Made by a program: the position numbers and the translations under genes | IMG/VR virus record: IMGVR_UViG_3300025543_000033 | Location: 1 to 54,635 of that record | Strand: one strand, 5' to 3' | Length of the DNA stretch: 54,635 bases | DNA from: a virus | Lineage: Duplodnaviria > Caudoviricetes | The notes under the pieces: model-generated | The model's input: the letters and a program-made list of their open reading frames with translations, nothing else | Told to the model about the DNA's origin: nothing | The model's database searches: none | Shown here: piece by piece, positions 27,217 to 38,502 of the stretch | How the letters are laid out: each line of letters starts with the position of its first letter | Numbering within the stretch: position 1 is the first letter of the stretch

Positions 27217-27256
27217 ATAAATATATATTCCCTTTTTTCCACAATCTTATATTTAT
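27217..27256. promoter_or_regulatory. Divergent TATATTTAT motifs
   Basis: Minus copy 27217-27225, plus copy 27248-27256. Confidence 0.65.
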
Positions 27257-27271
27257 TGATAGGAAAATACT

Positions 27272-27661
27272 ATGGCACACGATTACGAAATATTTGAAGG
27301 CAAAACCTTATCTGATGTGTTCAAAGACATCTATGATAATTCCAAAACCAATAAGAAACAATTAGAAGTCTTGATGAAAGAAGTGGTAGGGTTTATTAAA
27401 GACGGAGATACAGCCGTTCAGATTATTCCTATGCTCAAAGAGTATTTAGAAATCAATGTGAAGAACGACGAACAATTAGTCAAATTAGCCACAGTCGTTC
27501 AAAGAATTATGGCAGCAGAAAAAAGAGTGTCGGATAGTGGAGATGAATATGGTTTGACCGATTCAGAAAAACAGCAACTTATGGATGCTATCGAACACGA
27601 CGTTCAAGAGTTACAAATCAAAAAAGACGAAATAGACAATTCTATCAGCAGGGAAAATTAA
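27272..27661 (+). CDS. Conserved hypothetical protein heading the structural operon
   Basis: Helical ORF; VKNDEQLVKLA. Confidence 0.75.
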   Translation: MAHDYEIFEGKTLSDVFKDIYDNSKTNKKQLEVLMKEVVGFIKDGDTAVQIIPMLKEYLEINVKNDEQLVKLATVVQRIMAAEKRVSDSGDEYGLTDSEKQQLMDAIEHDVQELQIKKDEIDNSISREN

Positions 27662-29212
27662 ATGGCACAAAAAGTAGATAAGTCATTATCTAATGCACAT
27701 ATTATTTCAGGACAAGGCTATGTAACGAAAGATGAACTTAGAAAAATACTTTTAAATTTAAAAGTTAAAATGACTGAATTTGAATTAGAAGTATTTGAAG
27801 TAATGGACATTTATCGTGTTGGTAGTAGTGTTACTAAACAAGGAGCAGTCTTAGGTAGATATGTTTATTCAGAAAATGGTAAACCTACTGTTTCACAATA
27901 TTATCCACTAAATTCTAATATCATACAATATCCTTTGGTTGGTGAATTGTGGATTGGTTTTAATTATGACGGAAAACGATATTACTTATCAAGAATAAGT
28001 GATGATAATATTAATATAAATTATACAGAATTTAACAAAAGTGCTGCAACAGCAAATGATTTAAAATCTAATACTTTGTTAAATATATTAAATCCATATG
28101 ATGTCCGAGATAATGATGATTATCGACAAGGAGCTCGTTTTGTAGATATTGAACCCGATAGGGCAGAGATTAGTGAAGGAGATACTTTAGTTCAAGGAAG
28201 ATTTGGAAACTTTATTAAATTGGGTAGTAATCAAATTGGTGGAGAAGATGATTCACCTAATATACAAATCAAAAATGGTTCTTCAAATATTTTTATGACA
28301 TCTAATCAATCGATTGATTATCCAGAACCAATGTCAAAATTTCTTCCTTCTGATTTTACAGATTCACAATTTGTAGTTGATTCTGATAGATTAGTTTTAA
28401 ATGCAAAAACAGACAACATCGCGATAACTGCGATGAAAAATATTACTATCGATAGTGAAGAAGGTAATGTTTTGATTCAAGGAAAAGATGTTATTGAATT
28501 GAAACCAAAAGGTAGTCAAATCATTAACAACATAAAGTCCGGTGGAACTATATTGAATGCAACAAAAGAAGGAATACCATTTCCAGAATTAGATATGGCA
28601 GGATTTTTAAAACAAGTAATGGGAATACAACAATTTTTAAATGCAATGACTATTGGAGTTCCTAAATTATCTAATCCCTTTACATTACCTTCTGGTGTAA
28701 AAGATATCGTTAAAGGATTACGAGGTGCGAAAAATTTTATAGATGCTACAATTAACTTAGAATTTTTAAGTCAATACTTATTAGAAACAAAAACAATTCA
28801 AGAAATTAAAGATGCACTTCCGATACCGGCTGGACTTGGTGATATCATAGATGATGTTTCCAATATTACACCAGAACAAATAAAACAATTGGAAGATAAA
28901 GTTAAAGATGCAAAAGATAAACTTGACACCGCAAAAAATTTACAAAGTCAATTGTCCCAAGTTACAAATGGACAACAAGCTTTAATTGTAATTAATAATG
29001 CAGGAGATAGTGCAAAAAATATTCCTGGTGTTCAAACTATAATTGATAGAGCTCAAGCAGCTGGGGATAATGCAACAGCTTGGGAAAATACTAAAACCCA
29101 AGGTGGATTTGACCAATTTGAAGATGCCATTAGTGAGTATGAATCAACGGAATCAAATGTAAACCAAGTTAAATCTTATAAAAAATTATTTGATAAATAT
29201 AAAGAGGAGTAG
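27662..29212 (+). CDS. Putative baseplate hub/spike (gp5-like) protein
   Basis: YPLVGE OB-like region, EGDTLVQGRFGN.IKLGS, DSDRLVLNAK beta-repeat; position before gp25. Confidence 0.6.
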   Translation: MAQKVDKSLSNAHIISGQGYVTKDELRKILLNLKVKMTEFELEVFEVMDIYRVGSSVTKQGAVLGRYVYSENGKPTVSQYYPLNSNIIQYPLVGELWIGFNYDGKRYYLSRISDDNININYTEFNKSAATANDLKSNTLLNILNPYDVRDNDDYRQGARFVDIEPDRAEISEGDTLVQGRFGNFIKLGSNQIGGEDDSPNIQIKNGSSNIFMTSNQSIDYPEPMSKFLPSDFTDSQFVVDSDRLVLNAKTDNIAITAMKNITIDSEEGNVLIQGKDVIELKPKGSQIINNIKSGGTILNATKEGIPFPELDMAGFLKQVMGIQQFLNAMTIGVPKLSNPFTLPSGVKDIVKGLRGAKNFIDATINLEFLSQYLLETKTIQEIKDALPIPAGLGDIIDDVSNITPEQIKQLEDKVKDAKDKLDTAKNLQSQLSQVTNGQQALIVINNAGDSAKNIPGVQTIIDRAQAAGDNATAWENTKTQGGFDQFEDAISEYESTESNVNQVKSYKKLFDKYKEE

Positions 29213-29214
29213 TA

Positions 29215-29700
29215 ATGAAGAAAAACGAATTAGTAAAAATAATCGAATTAGTTGTTCGTAAAGAAATCAAAAAACAACTTAGTGAGATATTTATTAATGA
29301 CGAAAAAGAAATTAGTTTATCAGAAACAATTTCTAAACCAAAACCTAAACCGGTTGTAAAACAAAAACCATATAAACAATATTCAAAGAACCAAGTGTTA
29401 AATGAAGTATTGAACAACACCAAACCATTAGGTTCATCAAGAGATGAAGATTGGCCTACATTGGGTGGTGGTATATTAGGTAGTGATAATATGGCCGAAG
29501 TATTAGGTTATGGAGATTTAGGTAGAGGTCAAAATAAAGAAAAGGCACGAGAAGTCGGTGCAGTTGAAACTATTAAGAAAGCAGGAGTATCAGTAGATTC
29601 AGTTCCTGAAGATGTAGTGAATGCATTAACTCGTGATTATTCTGGATTGATGAAAGCAATCAATAACAAGAAAAAAGGTGAAGGCAATTATAGACCATAA
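29215..29700 (+). CDS. Hypothetical virion-associated protein
   Basis: LNEVLNNT, ALTRDYSGLMKA; inside baseplate operon. Confidence 0.7.
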   Translation: MKKNELVKIIELVVRKEIKKQLSEIFINDEKEISLSETISKPKPKPVVKQKPYKQYSKNQVLNEVLNNTKPLGSSRDEDWPTLGGGILGSDNMAEVLGYGDLGRGQNKEKAREVGAVETIKKAGVSVDSVPEDVVNALTRDYSGLMKAINNKKKGEGNYRP

Positions 29701-30110
29701 TGGCACGCAGTGTAAGAGAAATAGATAGAAATGAAGACAAGTATGTTGGAGTTGGTTTTCCATTAGACTATACTTTATCTGAAGGTTTTTTTAGAAAGAC
29801 CACAAAGATATTGGAACAATCAAAACATAACTTGAGAAATCTTTTATTAACCACACCAGGTGAAAGAGTATTTCAACCAGAGTTTGGTTCTCAATTAAAA
29901 TATATTGTCTTTGAACAAGGTGATGATTTATCAAACAGAGTTGAAGAAGCCATTCGTTCAGCAGTAGATAGGTTTTTACCTTATATCAATATTAATAATA
30001 TTTTTACAAATCAACTTGACAACGAAGTCAATGTTTCAATAGAATATTCAGTTCCTTTGAATCCAGAAGATATTGAAACATTAGAGTTTGATTTTAGAAT
30101 CGGAGAATAA
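29700..30110 (+). CDS. Baseplate wedge protein gp25-like
   Basis: NLRNLLLTTPGERVFQPEFGS.L..VFE. Confidence 0.92.
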   Translation: MARSVREIDRNEDKYVGVGFPLDYTLSEGFFRKTTKILEQSKHNLRNLLLTTPGERVFQPEFGSQLKYIVFEQGDDLSNRVEEAIRSAVDRFLPYININNIFTNQLDNEVNVSIEYSVPLNPEDIETLEFDFRIGE

Positions 30111-30112
30111 TA

Positions 30113-32083
30113 ATGGCAGATTTTGCAACAAATAAAAAAACAATAAAAAAAGAAGTAAATTATCTCGGTAGAGATTTTTCTGACATTAGAGAAAATCTAA
30201 TAGAGTTTGCAAAAAACTATTTTCCAAACACCTACAATGATTTCAATGAAGCATCACCAGGTATGATGTTTGTAGAAATGGCATCTTATGTGGGTGATAT
30301 TTTAAATTATTATATTGATAATCAATTTAGAGAAACATTAATTCAATATGCAGAAGAAAGAAAAAATGTTTTAGCTATCGCACAATCTTACGGATATAAA
30401 CCAAAATTGGCAACACCAGCTACGGTTGAATTAACATTTACCGTAGATGTTCCGGCAAAAGTAGTTGGTTCAGATTATCAACCTAATTTAGATTATGCCG
30501 GTAAGTTAGAAGCTAACTCTACATTTGTTTCTAACAACGGAACAGAGTTTACATTATTAGATGATGTTAATTTTAAAGTATCGAGTTCATTAGACAGAAT
30601 GGATGTTGAACTATTAGAACCTACATCTGGAAATGTTCCTACTGATTTTAGATTAACTAAAAAAGGATTAGCAATTTCTGGTATTAGAGAATCAGAAACA
30701 TTTAGTTTTACCACAGCAAAAGAATTTGATAAATTGGTTTTATCTAATGATAAAGTTACTGAAATTGTTTCAGTTGTGGATTCTAATCAAAATACTTGGT
30801 ATCAAGTTCCTTTCTTGGCACAAGACACCGTATTTGATTCCATAGAGAACACTTCATTAAATGACCCGACTTATTCTGAATATCAAAATGATACACCTTA
30901 TATGTTGAGATTAATTAAAACACCAAGAAGATTTACAACATATGTTCGTGATGATAATAAAATGGAATTAAGATTTGGTTCAGGTATTAGTGATAATGCA
31001 GATGAAGAAATTATTCCAAATCCAGATAATGTTGGTTCAAGATTAGGTGTAGGTATTTCACGATTAGACGAATCATTTGACCCAAGTAATTTTTTGAAAA
31101 CAAGAACATTCGGATTAGCACCAAGTAATACGACACTTACCGTGACTTATAATTATGGTGGAGCTATTTCACATAATGTTCCAAGTAATACAATTACATC
31201 ATTCAGTAGAAAAACTTACACTATCAACACCACAGGATTAAACTCAACTTTACAAACTGCTTCAGAAGCAAGTTTAACCGTAACTAATGAAAGACCTGCA
31301 TCAGGTGGTTCATCAACAGAAACACTTGACCAAATAAAACAGAACGCTGTAGCTTACTTTAATGCACAGAACCGAGCAGTAACCAGACAAGATTATATTA
31401 CAAGAGTTTATTCTTTACCACAAAAGTATGGAAACATTGCAAAAGCATTTATTGTTCAAGACGAACAATTAGAAACCACCGGACAATTACAAGTTATCAA
31501 TGGTGAAATCATAGATACAAGATATGCAAATTCAAATACAATTCCAAATCCTTTGGCAATGAATATGTATGTGTTGGGTTATGATGTTGATAAAAAATTA
31601 GTTCAATTAAATCAAGCAGTAAAACAAAACTTAAAAACTTATTTATCACAATACAGAATTTTAACAGATGCAATTAACATCAAAGACGGATACATTATTA
31701 ATATTGGTGTTAAGTTTAATATTATTGTTAAACGAGGATTTAATAAAAATGATGTATTGTTTAGAGCAATACAAAAAGTAAAACAATTCTTTGCACCAGA
31801 TAAATGGCAAATCAATCAACCAATTGTATTGAGTGATTTAGCATATCAAATATCATTAGTTGAAGGTGTGGTATCATTGGTTCCACCACAAACTAATAAT
31901 CCAAACAAAGATTTAATTTTAATTGAAAACAAACACAGAACTTCAGACGGATATAGTGGTAATGTTTATGATATCGGAAGTGCGTCTAAAGACGGAGTTA
32001 TCTATCCATCATTAGACCCAAGTATCTTTGAACTAAAATACCCAAACACAGATATTGAAGGTTTGGTAGTAGGAGATAGATAA
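30113..32083 (+). CDS. Baseplate wedge protein gp6/J-like
   Basis: RDFSDIRENL, YGYKP, ELRFGSG, GGSSTETLDQIK, QNRAVTRQDY. Confidence 0.9.
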   Translation: MADFATNKKTIKKEVNYLGRDFSDIRENLIEFAKNYFPNTYNDFNEASPGMMFVEMASYVGDILNYYIDNQFRETLIQYAEERKNVLAIAQSYGYKPKLATPATVELTFTVDVPAKVVGSDYQPNLDYAGKLEANSTFVSNNGTEFTLLDDVNFKVSSSLDRMDVELLEPTSGNVPTDFRLTKKGLAISGIRESETFSFTTAKEFDKLVLSNDKVTEIVSVVDSNQNTWYQVPFLAQDTVFDSIENTSLNDPTYSEYQNDTPYMLRLIKTPRRFTTYVRDDNKMELRFGSGISDNADEEIIPNPDNVGSRLGVGISRLDESFDPSNFLKTRTFGLAPSNTTLTVTYNYGGAISHNVPSNTITSFSRKTYTINTTGLNSTLQTASEASLTVTNERPASGGSSTETLDQIKQNAVAYFNAQNRAVTRQDYITRVYSLPQKYGNIAKAFIVQDEQLETTGQLQVINGEIIDTRYANSNTIPNPLAMNMYVLGYDVDKKLVQLNQAVKQNLKTYLSQYRILTDAINIKDGYIINIGVKFNIIVKRGFNKNDVLFRAIQKVKQFFAPDKWQINQPIVLSDLAYQISLVEGVVSLVPPQTNNPNKDLILIENKHRTSDGYSGNVYDIGSASKDGVIYPSLDPSIFELKYPNTDIEGLVVGDR

Positions 32084-33231
32084 TGCATTATTTTGAATTT
32101 GGAAAAAGAGATGCAACAATTTATTCCGGTGGAACAACAGCTTCTATCAACACCGGTTTAGATGAAATATTGGAAATCAATAAAGTTGTAAATGAAAATG
32201 GTTCAGTTGCAAATGTATCAAGAGTATTGATAGATTTTGATTTATCATATATTTCACAATCCGTTATTGACGGAAAGATGCCTACCACTACAAAATTTTA
32301 TTTAAATTTATTTGATGCAACTTCAGAAGAAGTTGAAGCAGAACAACCACTACACGTTTATATGGTTAGTGGTAGTTGGAAACAAGGAACAGGAAAACTT
32401 GACCACGAACCAGTAACTTCTGACGGAGTAAGTTATCAATATCGTGACCACGATGCTCAAACACCTTGGGTTACGGGCTCAGTATTGACTGACGGTGGTG
32501 CTTGGTTTACAGGTAGTCAAGGTAGTCAATACGAAGTATCAACATCTTTTGATTTAACTTTTGATAAAAAAGATGTTAGAGCAGATGTAACTGATTTAGT
32601 ATGGAATTGGATTTATTCTGGTTCTACTTTTCCAAACAATGGATTTATCGTCAAAAGAGAATCATCAGGTTCTTACTCAACAACATTTGGATATGATGCA
32701 AATGGACAAGAGGGAGATAGTAGTCGTTTAGGAAATCTAAAATACTTTTCAAGAGAAACTCATACAATTTATCCACCTAAGTTGGAAGCAGTATGGGACG
32801 ATTCAAGTTGGTCAACAGGAAGTTTATCAGCATTAAGTTCAACAGATTTAGAAAATCTAAAAGTTTATTTTAAAAACATTAGACCAGAATATCAAGAAAA
32901 CTCTATTGTAAAATTTAGAGTAGTGGGTAGAGAACTTTATCCTTCATCAAGTTTCTCAACTACACCAGGAGAATTAACAATCAAATATCTACCAAGTGCT
33001 TCAGCATATTATTCAATTAAAGATGCTGAAACTGAGGAAGTAATTGTTCCATTTGGTTCAGGTTCAAGAATTAGTTGTGATACCACAGGTAACTTCTTTA
33101 GAGTTCAAATGAATGCATTTCAAGCAGAAAGAAATTATCGTTTTATCGTGAAAGTCGTTAGTGGTAGTGGAACTCTTGATGAACAAATCAATTACTATGA
33201 TGACGGATATGAATTTAGAGTAGTGAGGTAA
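32083..33231 (+). CDS. Virion structural protein, beta-rich (DNRLRE-like)
   Basis: DATIY, NTGLDEILE, SRVLIDFD, PNNGFIVK, FSRETHTIYPPKL. Confidence 0.65.
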   Translation: MHYFEFGKRDATIYSGGTTASINTGLDEILEINKVVNENGSVANVSRVLIDFDLSYISQSVIDGKMPTTTKFYLNLFDATSEEVEAEQPLHVYMVSGSWKQGTGKLDHEPVTSDGVSYQYRDHDAQTPWVTGSVLTDGGAWFTGSQGSQYEVSTSFDLTFDKKDVRADVTDLVWNWIYSGSTFPNNGFIVKRESSGSYSTTFGYDANGQEGDSSRLGNLKYFSRETHTIYPPKLEAVWDDSSWSTGSLSALSSTDLENLKVYFKNIRPEYQENSIVKFRVVGRELYPSSSFSTTPGELTIKYLPSASAYYSIKDAETEEVIVPFGSGSRISCDTTGNFFRVQMNAFQAERNYRFIVKVVSGSGTLDEQINYYDDGYEFRVVR

Positions 33232-33235
33232 ACCG

Positions 33236-34000
33236 ATGCCATATCTTCCAAGTGATGCGGAAAAAAAATCACAAGTATATAACAACATAATTAATGCAAG
33301 TAGTATTGAGTATCAAAACAAAATTGATGACTTAAGAAAAAAACAACAACTATCAGGTTCAGTTGATGCAAATATACCACCACGAGATGAAGACGGAGTG
33401 TTGGTTTCTTTTGAAAGTGATGTTAAGGGTGTTGCATTGGAAGAATCATTTCAAGAAGTTCGTTTAGAAAATACACAAAGATTTTTTACAAAACAAGTTC
33501 CAAATGAATTTAGTTTTTTTATTCCACAAACACAAGTGTCTGAAAGTGGAGTAGAAATTTCAGAAACAACAGAAGAAGCAACAGAAGAACAAGTTCAATT
33601 TCAAATGAACAATAGAGATTATTTGATTCAAGTGATGAACGAATATTGGAACGAAGAATATACATCTGATATATCTACCAAATTATTACATTCTAAATTG
33701 TGGAAATTTTTTGAAACAGAAGCACCAGTAGGTAAAAGCCTAAGAGATTTCAACAAATCTAAAAAGAATGCAGAAGGTTGGGAACAATTTAGGTTAGAAA
33801 AAATCAATGTAGAAGTATTTAGAAATAAAGGAAAGAAAAATAAAATAGGTGGTAAAGGAAGACCAAGAGCAAATTACAGAGATTTAAAAAGAGATTTAAA
33901 TTGTTTTTGTTATGATGAAGTAATTAACAGACAACTCTATCATACAAGACGAGGACAAGAAATATGGTTAAAACTTGGATTTCCATATGTATATGGGTAA
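33236..34000 (+). CDS. Hypothetical protein in baseplate operon
   Basis: ORF continuity. Confidence 0.7.
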   Translation: MPYLPSDAEKKSQVYNNIINASSIEYQNKIDDLRKKQQLSGSVDANIPPRDEDGVLVSFESDVKGVALEESFQEVRLENTQRFFTKQVPNEFSFFIPQTQVSESGVEISETTEEATEEQVQFQMNNRDYLIQVMNEYWNEEYTSDISTKLLHSKLWKFFETEAPVGKSLRDFNKSKKNAEGWEQFRLEKINVEVFRNKGKKNKIGGKGRPRANYRDLKRDLNCFCYDEVINRQLYHTRRGQEIWLKLGFPYVYG

Positions 34001-34006
34001 CGGATA

Positions 34007-34915
34007 ATGGCTGAATTAGGATTTACAACACAAGAAATACAAAATTACGAATCACTTAAAAGAGTGTATAGTAGTTATGGTAGAGATATTGAAAACGATA
34101 TCTTAATACTTTGTGTATATTCAATTTCTGGCCAACTACTTAGTGAAACACCACTTAGTATTGATAATTTAGATTTTGAAAATGATGGAGATTTTATTGA
34201 TTTAAATATCGGACAACACCTTAGAGATTTAGGATATACTGAAGGTGAATATGATGTTGAATATAAATTTTTAAGAAGACTTGCCGGTAGAGAACAAACC
34301 GTATTAGTAGATGACAAAGGTTTGATTTGGTATGGTGGAGTTGATGAAAAGATAATCAACGGAGAAACAAGATACTTTACTAATATCGGTGATGAAAAAG
34401 ATACCAATCAAAGAAAAGAATTATTTCAAAGAGATTTAACTTATATTATTTCAGAAATCTCACCAGACAGAACAGAGTTAATTGTTGAATTGGATAAACA
34501 AATAAAAAATCCAGCGTATAAAAATAATCTAAAAGCTATGGGTGAATTATTTGAATATCGTCCACTCAAAGATGGAAATGCAGGTGCAATTAAATTTGAC
34601 TCTAAAAGTCCTTATGAATTAGAATTTGATATCAATCCAAACGATAGAGGATTCACACAAAATATGGTAGGTGGAGAAATTATTATACCAGATATGTATA
34701 AAGTGACAGGTTTTGAAGATACCACTAATGCTGACACTTATGATGATGAAAATATTGGTTCAGACTTTGTAGATGATTATGAAAATGACAATGATGTTCC
34801 AGGTTATTCAACACAAGATTTATACAATATATTGACTGATGAAGATTCATCAGACTTAGAAAAATTTTATGCAGACCAAGCTTTACAAAGTCAGGCACAA
34901 GATAGGAATTATTAA
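34007..34915 (+). CDS. Hypothetical virion protein
   Basis: ISEISPDRTEL; acidic C-terminus. Confidence 0.7.
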   Translation: MAELGFTTQEIQNYESLKRVYSSYGRDIENDILILCVYSISGQLLSETPLSIDNLDFENDGDFIDLNIGQHLRDLGYTEGEYDVEYKFLRRLAGREQTVLVDDKGLIWYGGVDEKIINGETRYFTNIGDEKDTNQRKELFQRDLTYIISEISPDRTELIVELDKQIKNPAYKNNLKAMGELFEYRPLKDGNAGAIKFDSKSPYELEFDINPNDRGFTQNMVGGEIIIPDMYKVTGFEDTTNADTYDDENIGSDFVDDYENDNDVPGYSTQDLYNILTDEDSSDLEKFYADQALQSQAQDRNY

Positions 34916-37900
34916 TGGCTAAATCTTTTCCAGATTATCAATTTGAACAATTACCAATAAATGAAGACATTTATCTTCCAGGTAATGCTGCAAATGATAT
35001 TAGAGTAGGATACAATAGTCAAACACGAGCTTCTGCTGGTGGTGGTACAACACAAATAAGTCGAACCGAAACTATAACTACAACTTCAAGTGCTCAATCT
35101 AAAATATCCAAAAGAGATTATGTTGCAAAAATTGAAGAAGTGTTAGATGCTAATCGTATTAGAGTTTCTTTATCTTACAATGACGGAGCAAACAGAACAC
35201 AACACAAAGGTGAAGATGAAGTAGCAAATAAATTTATAAACTTTCGTGTTAATTATATCAAAAATAATATCAACAGATATAAAACTTATTTAAAGATTGG
35301 TAATGATTATTATTTAATCATCAATAGTAAATTAAGTGATGATGGAAACAAAAGAGTTTTTAAATTAAAACAAGCTTTATCCGATACAATCACAACCGGA
35401 AACAGAACAATCTTTGTTGAAAAAAGATTAGAGAATTATCGTGATAGAGTTCGTTTAGTTCCATATGATGAAAGACAAACAGACGGAATATTTTTAAGAT
35501 TACCAAACTTTAATTCAGTTGATAATCCAATTAATTTTCAAGGAACAAATTATCAAAGTCAAACAGGATTACTAAGTAGTGATACTCAAGATTCAAATGA
35601 TATCGAAAGATTATTAACATCAGGTAGTTTACTAAATGTCAAACCAAATATTGATTACCAAAAAACTACAACAGATTTAACTATCGAAGATGATGATTAT
35701 GGTTTTGGAAACTTTATTAATTTCTCAAATGCAGAAACAAGAATTCGTAATTTTAAAAAGAAATTAGAATTAATTGAAGGATATAGTGCAACAAGTTCAT
35801 CATTATTAAGTGTTTCAAGCTCTGCTACAAGAATCAGTAAATTAGAAAAACAAAGACAAAGAGTTGTTAATTCTTTTGACCCGTTTGAACACTTTATGTA
35901 TTTTGAAAGTTCATCTTATGTGAGTTCATCAGCGGGACAATTCCACGATAATGATTGGCCTAAACAAACAAGTTCTAAACCATATGTACTGGCACCGACC
36001 ACAAGTTCAGAAGCATCTACTTGGTTCACTCGTCAAATTGCGAGAGCAAAAGGATACGACCAAGACAATATGAATAGTTTAAGAAATTCATTACCAGAAC
36101 ACGTTTATGCAGATACTCAAAATAATACTTTCTTAGAATTTATGGATATGGTTGGACAACAATTTGATGAAATATGGAGTTATACAAGACACTTTACTGA
36201 TGTCAATCAAAGATTTGAAAAAGCATCAGAGGGTATATCAAAAGATGTTGCAAGAGAATATGCAAAGGCTCTCGGATTAGATTTATATAGTGGAAATGAT
36301 TTATTAGTTTTACCAACATATTTGTTAGGAAAAAATACCGACGGAACAACTTTATATGAATCACCACAAGAAGAAGTTACTGAAAAGATTTGGAAACGAA
36401 TACTTGCTAACTTACCATTCTTTATTAAATCAAAAGGAACAGAAAGAGCACTTAAAGGATTATTAAATTGTTACGGAATACCAAGTTCAGTATTGAGAGT
36501 TAGAGAATATGGTGGGCCTGATAAAGGAACAAGAGTAAGTTATGAAATTAAAAGAAAGTTTACCAGAGCAACAGATTTTAAATCATCACAATATATAAAA
36601 TCAAATTGGACAACTTACAATTCATTATATCCAAACACAACAGAATTTAGATTTAGAACACCATATAGTGCCGGAACATCTGGTTCAATGGTATTGTTAC
36701 AAAAAAATAATGATTGGGCAATTCATCTACAAGACAACGGAACAACAGATGATTATGGATACTTAAGATTTAGTATTAGTGGTTCAGACGGACGAGTAAA
36801 TTATATTACTTCTTCGTTGTTACCATTTTACAATGATGATATGTGGTCAGTTATGTTGACAAGAAAATCATCAAGTGACGGAAGTGAGTTTACTGCAGAA
36901 AGTATTTATGTAAGTTCATCATTTGAATTGACTACTAAACAATATGATTCAACAAGACAACGAGTTATATTTGCAGATAGTCAAAGTATGGAAGTGACTT
37001 CTTCTACAATGAACGCATCATATACCGCAAGTGGATATGTTTATCTTGGTGGTAGTGGTAGTGCATTTGGAGACCAACTTAGTGGTTCATTAATGGAGTA
37101 TCGTTTATGGACAGAAGCATTATCACAAAGTGTTTTTGACAATCACACTTTATCACCTAAGTCATATAATGGAAATTATTATTCATCATCATATGATAGT
37201 TTGTTAGTTCGATATGCATTAGACAATGATAAGAATTTATCATCATCAGCATTCGTAACAAACATTGCACATTTACAATCTTATGAAACAGCATCACAAG
37301 AAGTCAATGGATTTACAGGAAACTTTTCACGAACATTAGTAGACCAAGAAAAATTGAGAATACCAAATGTCGGGCCTAATCGTAGAAACGCAACCAAGAT
37401 TAGAATTGAAGAAACTACTCGTGAAAGAGGTGAAGACGGAGAACTTTTACCATTAATGGTAGACAAAAGACGAGAAAGGTCTTCTGAGGATTTTGCTCCA
37501 GTAGATTCCAATAGATTGGGAATTTACTTTTCACCAACAGATATTATTAATGAAGATGTAGTTTATAGTATTGCTGATTTTAATTTTGATGATTTTATTG
37601 GTGACCCAAGAGACGAGTTCAAACCAACTTATAAAGATTTAAGAAATTTAAGAAATGAATATTTTAAACGATACTATATGACAAATAATTTTTGGGATTA
37701 TTTAAGAATCTTAGAATATTATGATAGTAGTATTTTTGATTCAATCAAACAATTAATACCAGCAAGAGCAAACACTAATGTTGGTGTGTTGATTGAACCA
37801 CACATCTTAGAGCGTTCAAAACAAGTTATTGGATTACAACCAGAATTTGATAATCAGTATTTTGAAAACGCTGGACACTTTGACCAAGGTGTTTTAGTCA

Positions 37901-38427
37901 CAAGATACATCACAGGTTCTAATGATAATTATTTTGAAGTTGGTGGTGAGTATACAACTTACAATGGATTAGTCAACTTAGCATATTTTGATACAGGTTC
38001 TTCATTAGGATTTTTAAATGTTCCGTCATTGGTTAAGTTAGACCAAATAGATAAACGAAGTGAGTTCGGTAGATTATATGCGACTGCAAGTGTAACACTC
38101 GGTGGAACAAATCTAATCTTTACCGAAACATTACAACCAAACATTACAGGTTCAAGATTTTCTGAACATAGTCAAGTAGCTGAATATTTTTATTCAAGTT
38201 CTTATAGTGCATCGGTTGGGCCAACATTAGCATATAGTTCATCATTCAAACCTTCAGATGTAGAAAGTATGGCATATTCAACACCACTATATAGAGTGTT
38301 TGTTCAAGGAACATTATTGACAAGAGATAACACAATTGACGGAGAAGAACCAGTAGTGGTTACAGAAGTTGCACCAACAGTATTAAAGACTCAAGAGTCA
38401 GAAACAACAAGACTTAAAGTAGAATAA
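34915..38427 (+). CDS. Large baseplate wedge protein (gp7-like) with LamG-like domain
   Basis: FMDMVGQQFD, NLPFFIKSKGTERALKGLLNCYGIP, SGSLMEYRLWTEALS, LIPARAN..GVLIEP. Confidence 0.7.
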   Translation: MAKSFPDYQFEQLPINEDIYLPGNAANDIRVGYNSQTRASAGGGTTQISRTETITTTSSAQSKISKRDYVAKIEEVLDANRIRVSLSYNDGANRTQHKGEDEVANKFINFRVNYIKNNINRYKTYLKIGNDYYLIINSKLSDDGNKRVFKLKQALSDTITTGNRTIFVEKRLENYRDRVRLVPYDERQTDGIFLRLPNFNSVDNPINFQGTNYQSQTGLLSSDTQDSNDIERLLTSGSLLNVKPNIDYQKTTTDLTIEDDDYGFGNFINFSNAETRIRNFKKKLELIEGYSATSSSLLSVSSSATRISKLEKQRQRVVNSFDPFEHFMYFESSSYVSSSAGQFHDNDWPKQTSSKPYVLAPTTSSEASTWFTRQIARAKGYDQDNMNSLRNSLPEHVYADTQNNTFLEFMDMVGQQFDEIWSYTRHFTDVNQRFEKASEGISKDVAREYAKALGLDLYSGNDLLVLPTYLLGKNTDGTTLYESPQEEVTEKIWKRILANLPFFIKSKGTERALKGLLNCYGIPSSVLRVREYGGPDKGTRVSYEIKRKFTRATDFKSSQYIKSNWTTYNSLYPNTTEFRFRTPYSAGTSGSMVLLQKNNDWAIHLQDNGTTDDYGYLRFSISGSDGRVNYITSSLLPFYNDDMWSVMLTRKSSSDGSEFTAESIYVSSSFELTTKQYDSTRQRVIFADSQSMEVTSSTMNASYTASGYVYLGGSGSAFGDQLSGSLMEYRLWTEALSQSVFDNHTLSPKSYNGNYYSSSYDSLLVRYALDNDKNLSSSAFVTNIAHLQSYETASQEVNGFTGNFSRTLVDQEKLRIPNVGPNRRNATKIRIEETTRERGEDGELLPLMVDKRRERSSEDFAPVDSNRLGIYFSPTDIINEDVVYSIADFNFDDFIGDPRDEFKPTYKDLRNLRNEYFKRYYMTNNFWDYLRILEYYDSSIFDSIKQLIPARANTNVGVLIEPHILERSKQVIGLQPEFDNQYFENAGHFDQGVLVTRYITGSNDNYFEVGGEYTTYNGLVNLAYFDTGSSLGFLNVPSLVKLDQIDKRSEFGRLYATASVTLGGTNLIFTETLQPNITGSRFSEHSQVAEYFYSSSYSASVGPTLAYSSSFKPSDVESMAYSTPLYRVFVQGTLLTRDNTIDGEEPVVVTEVAPTVLKTQESETTRLKVE

Positions 38428-38449
38428 CATATGGAAAATTTAACTTTCT

Positions 38450-38458
38450 TATATTTAT
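38450..38458 (+). promoter_or_regulatory. Putative late promoter TATATTTAT
   Basis: CTTATATTTATT, identical to copies at 27246 and 41265. Confidence 0.7.
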
Positions 38459-38502
38459 TATTGAAAAAGAATAGTTATATTATTTCCACAGGAGTAAAAT
38501 AA

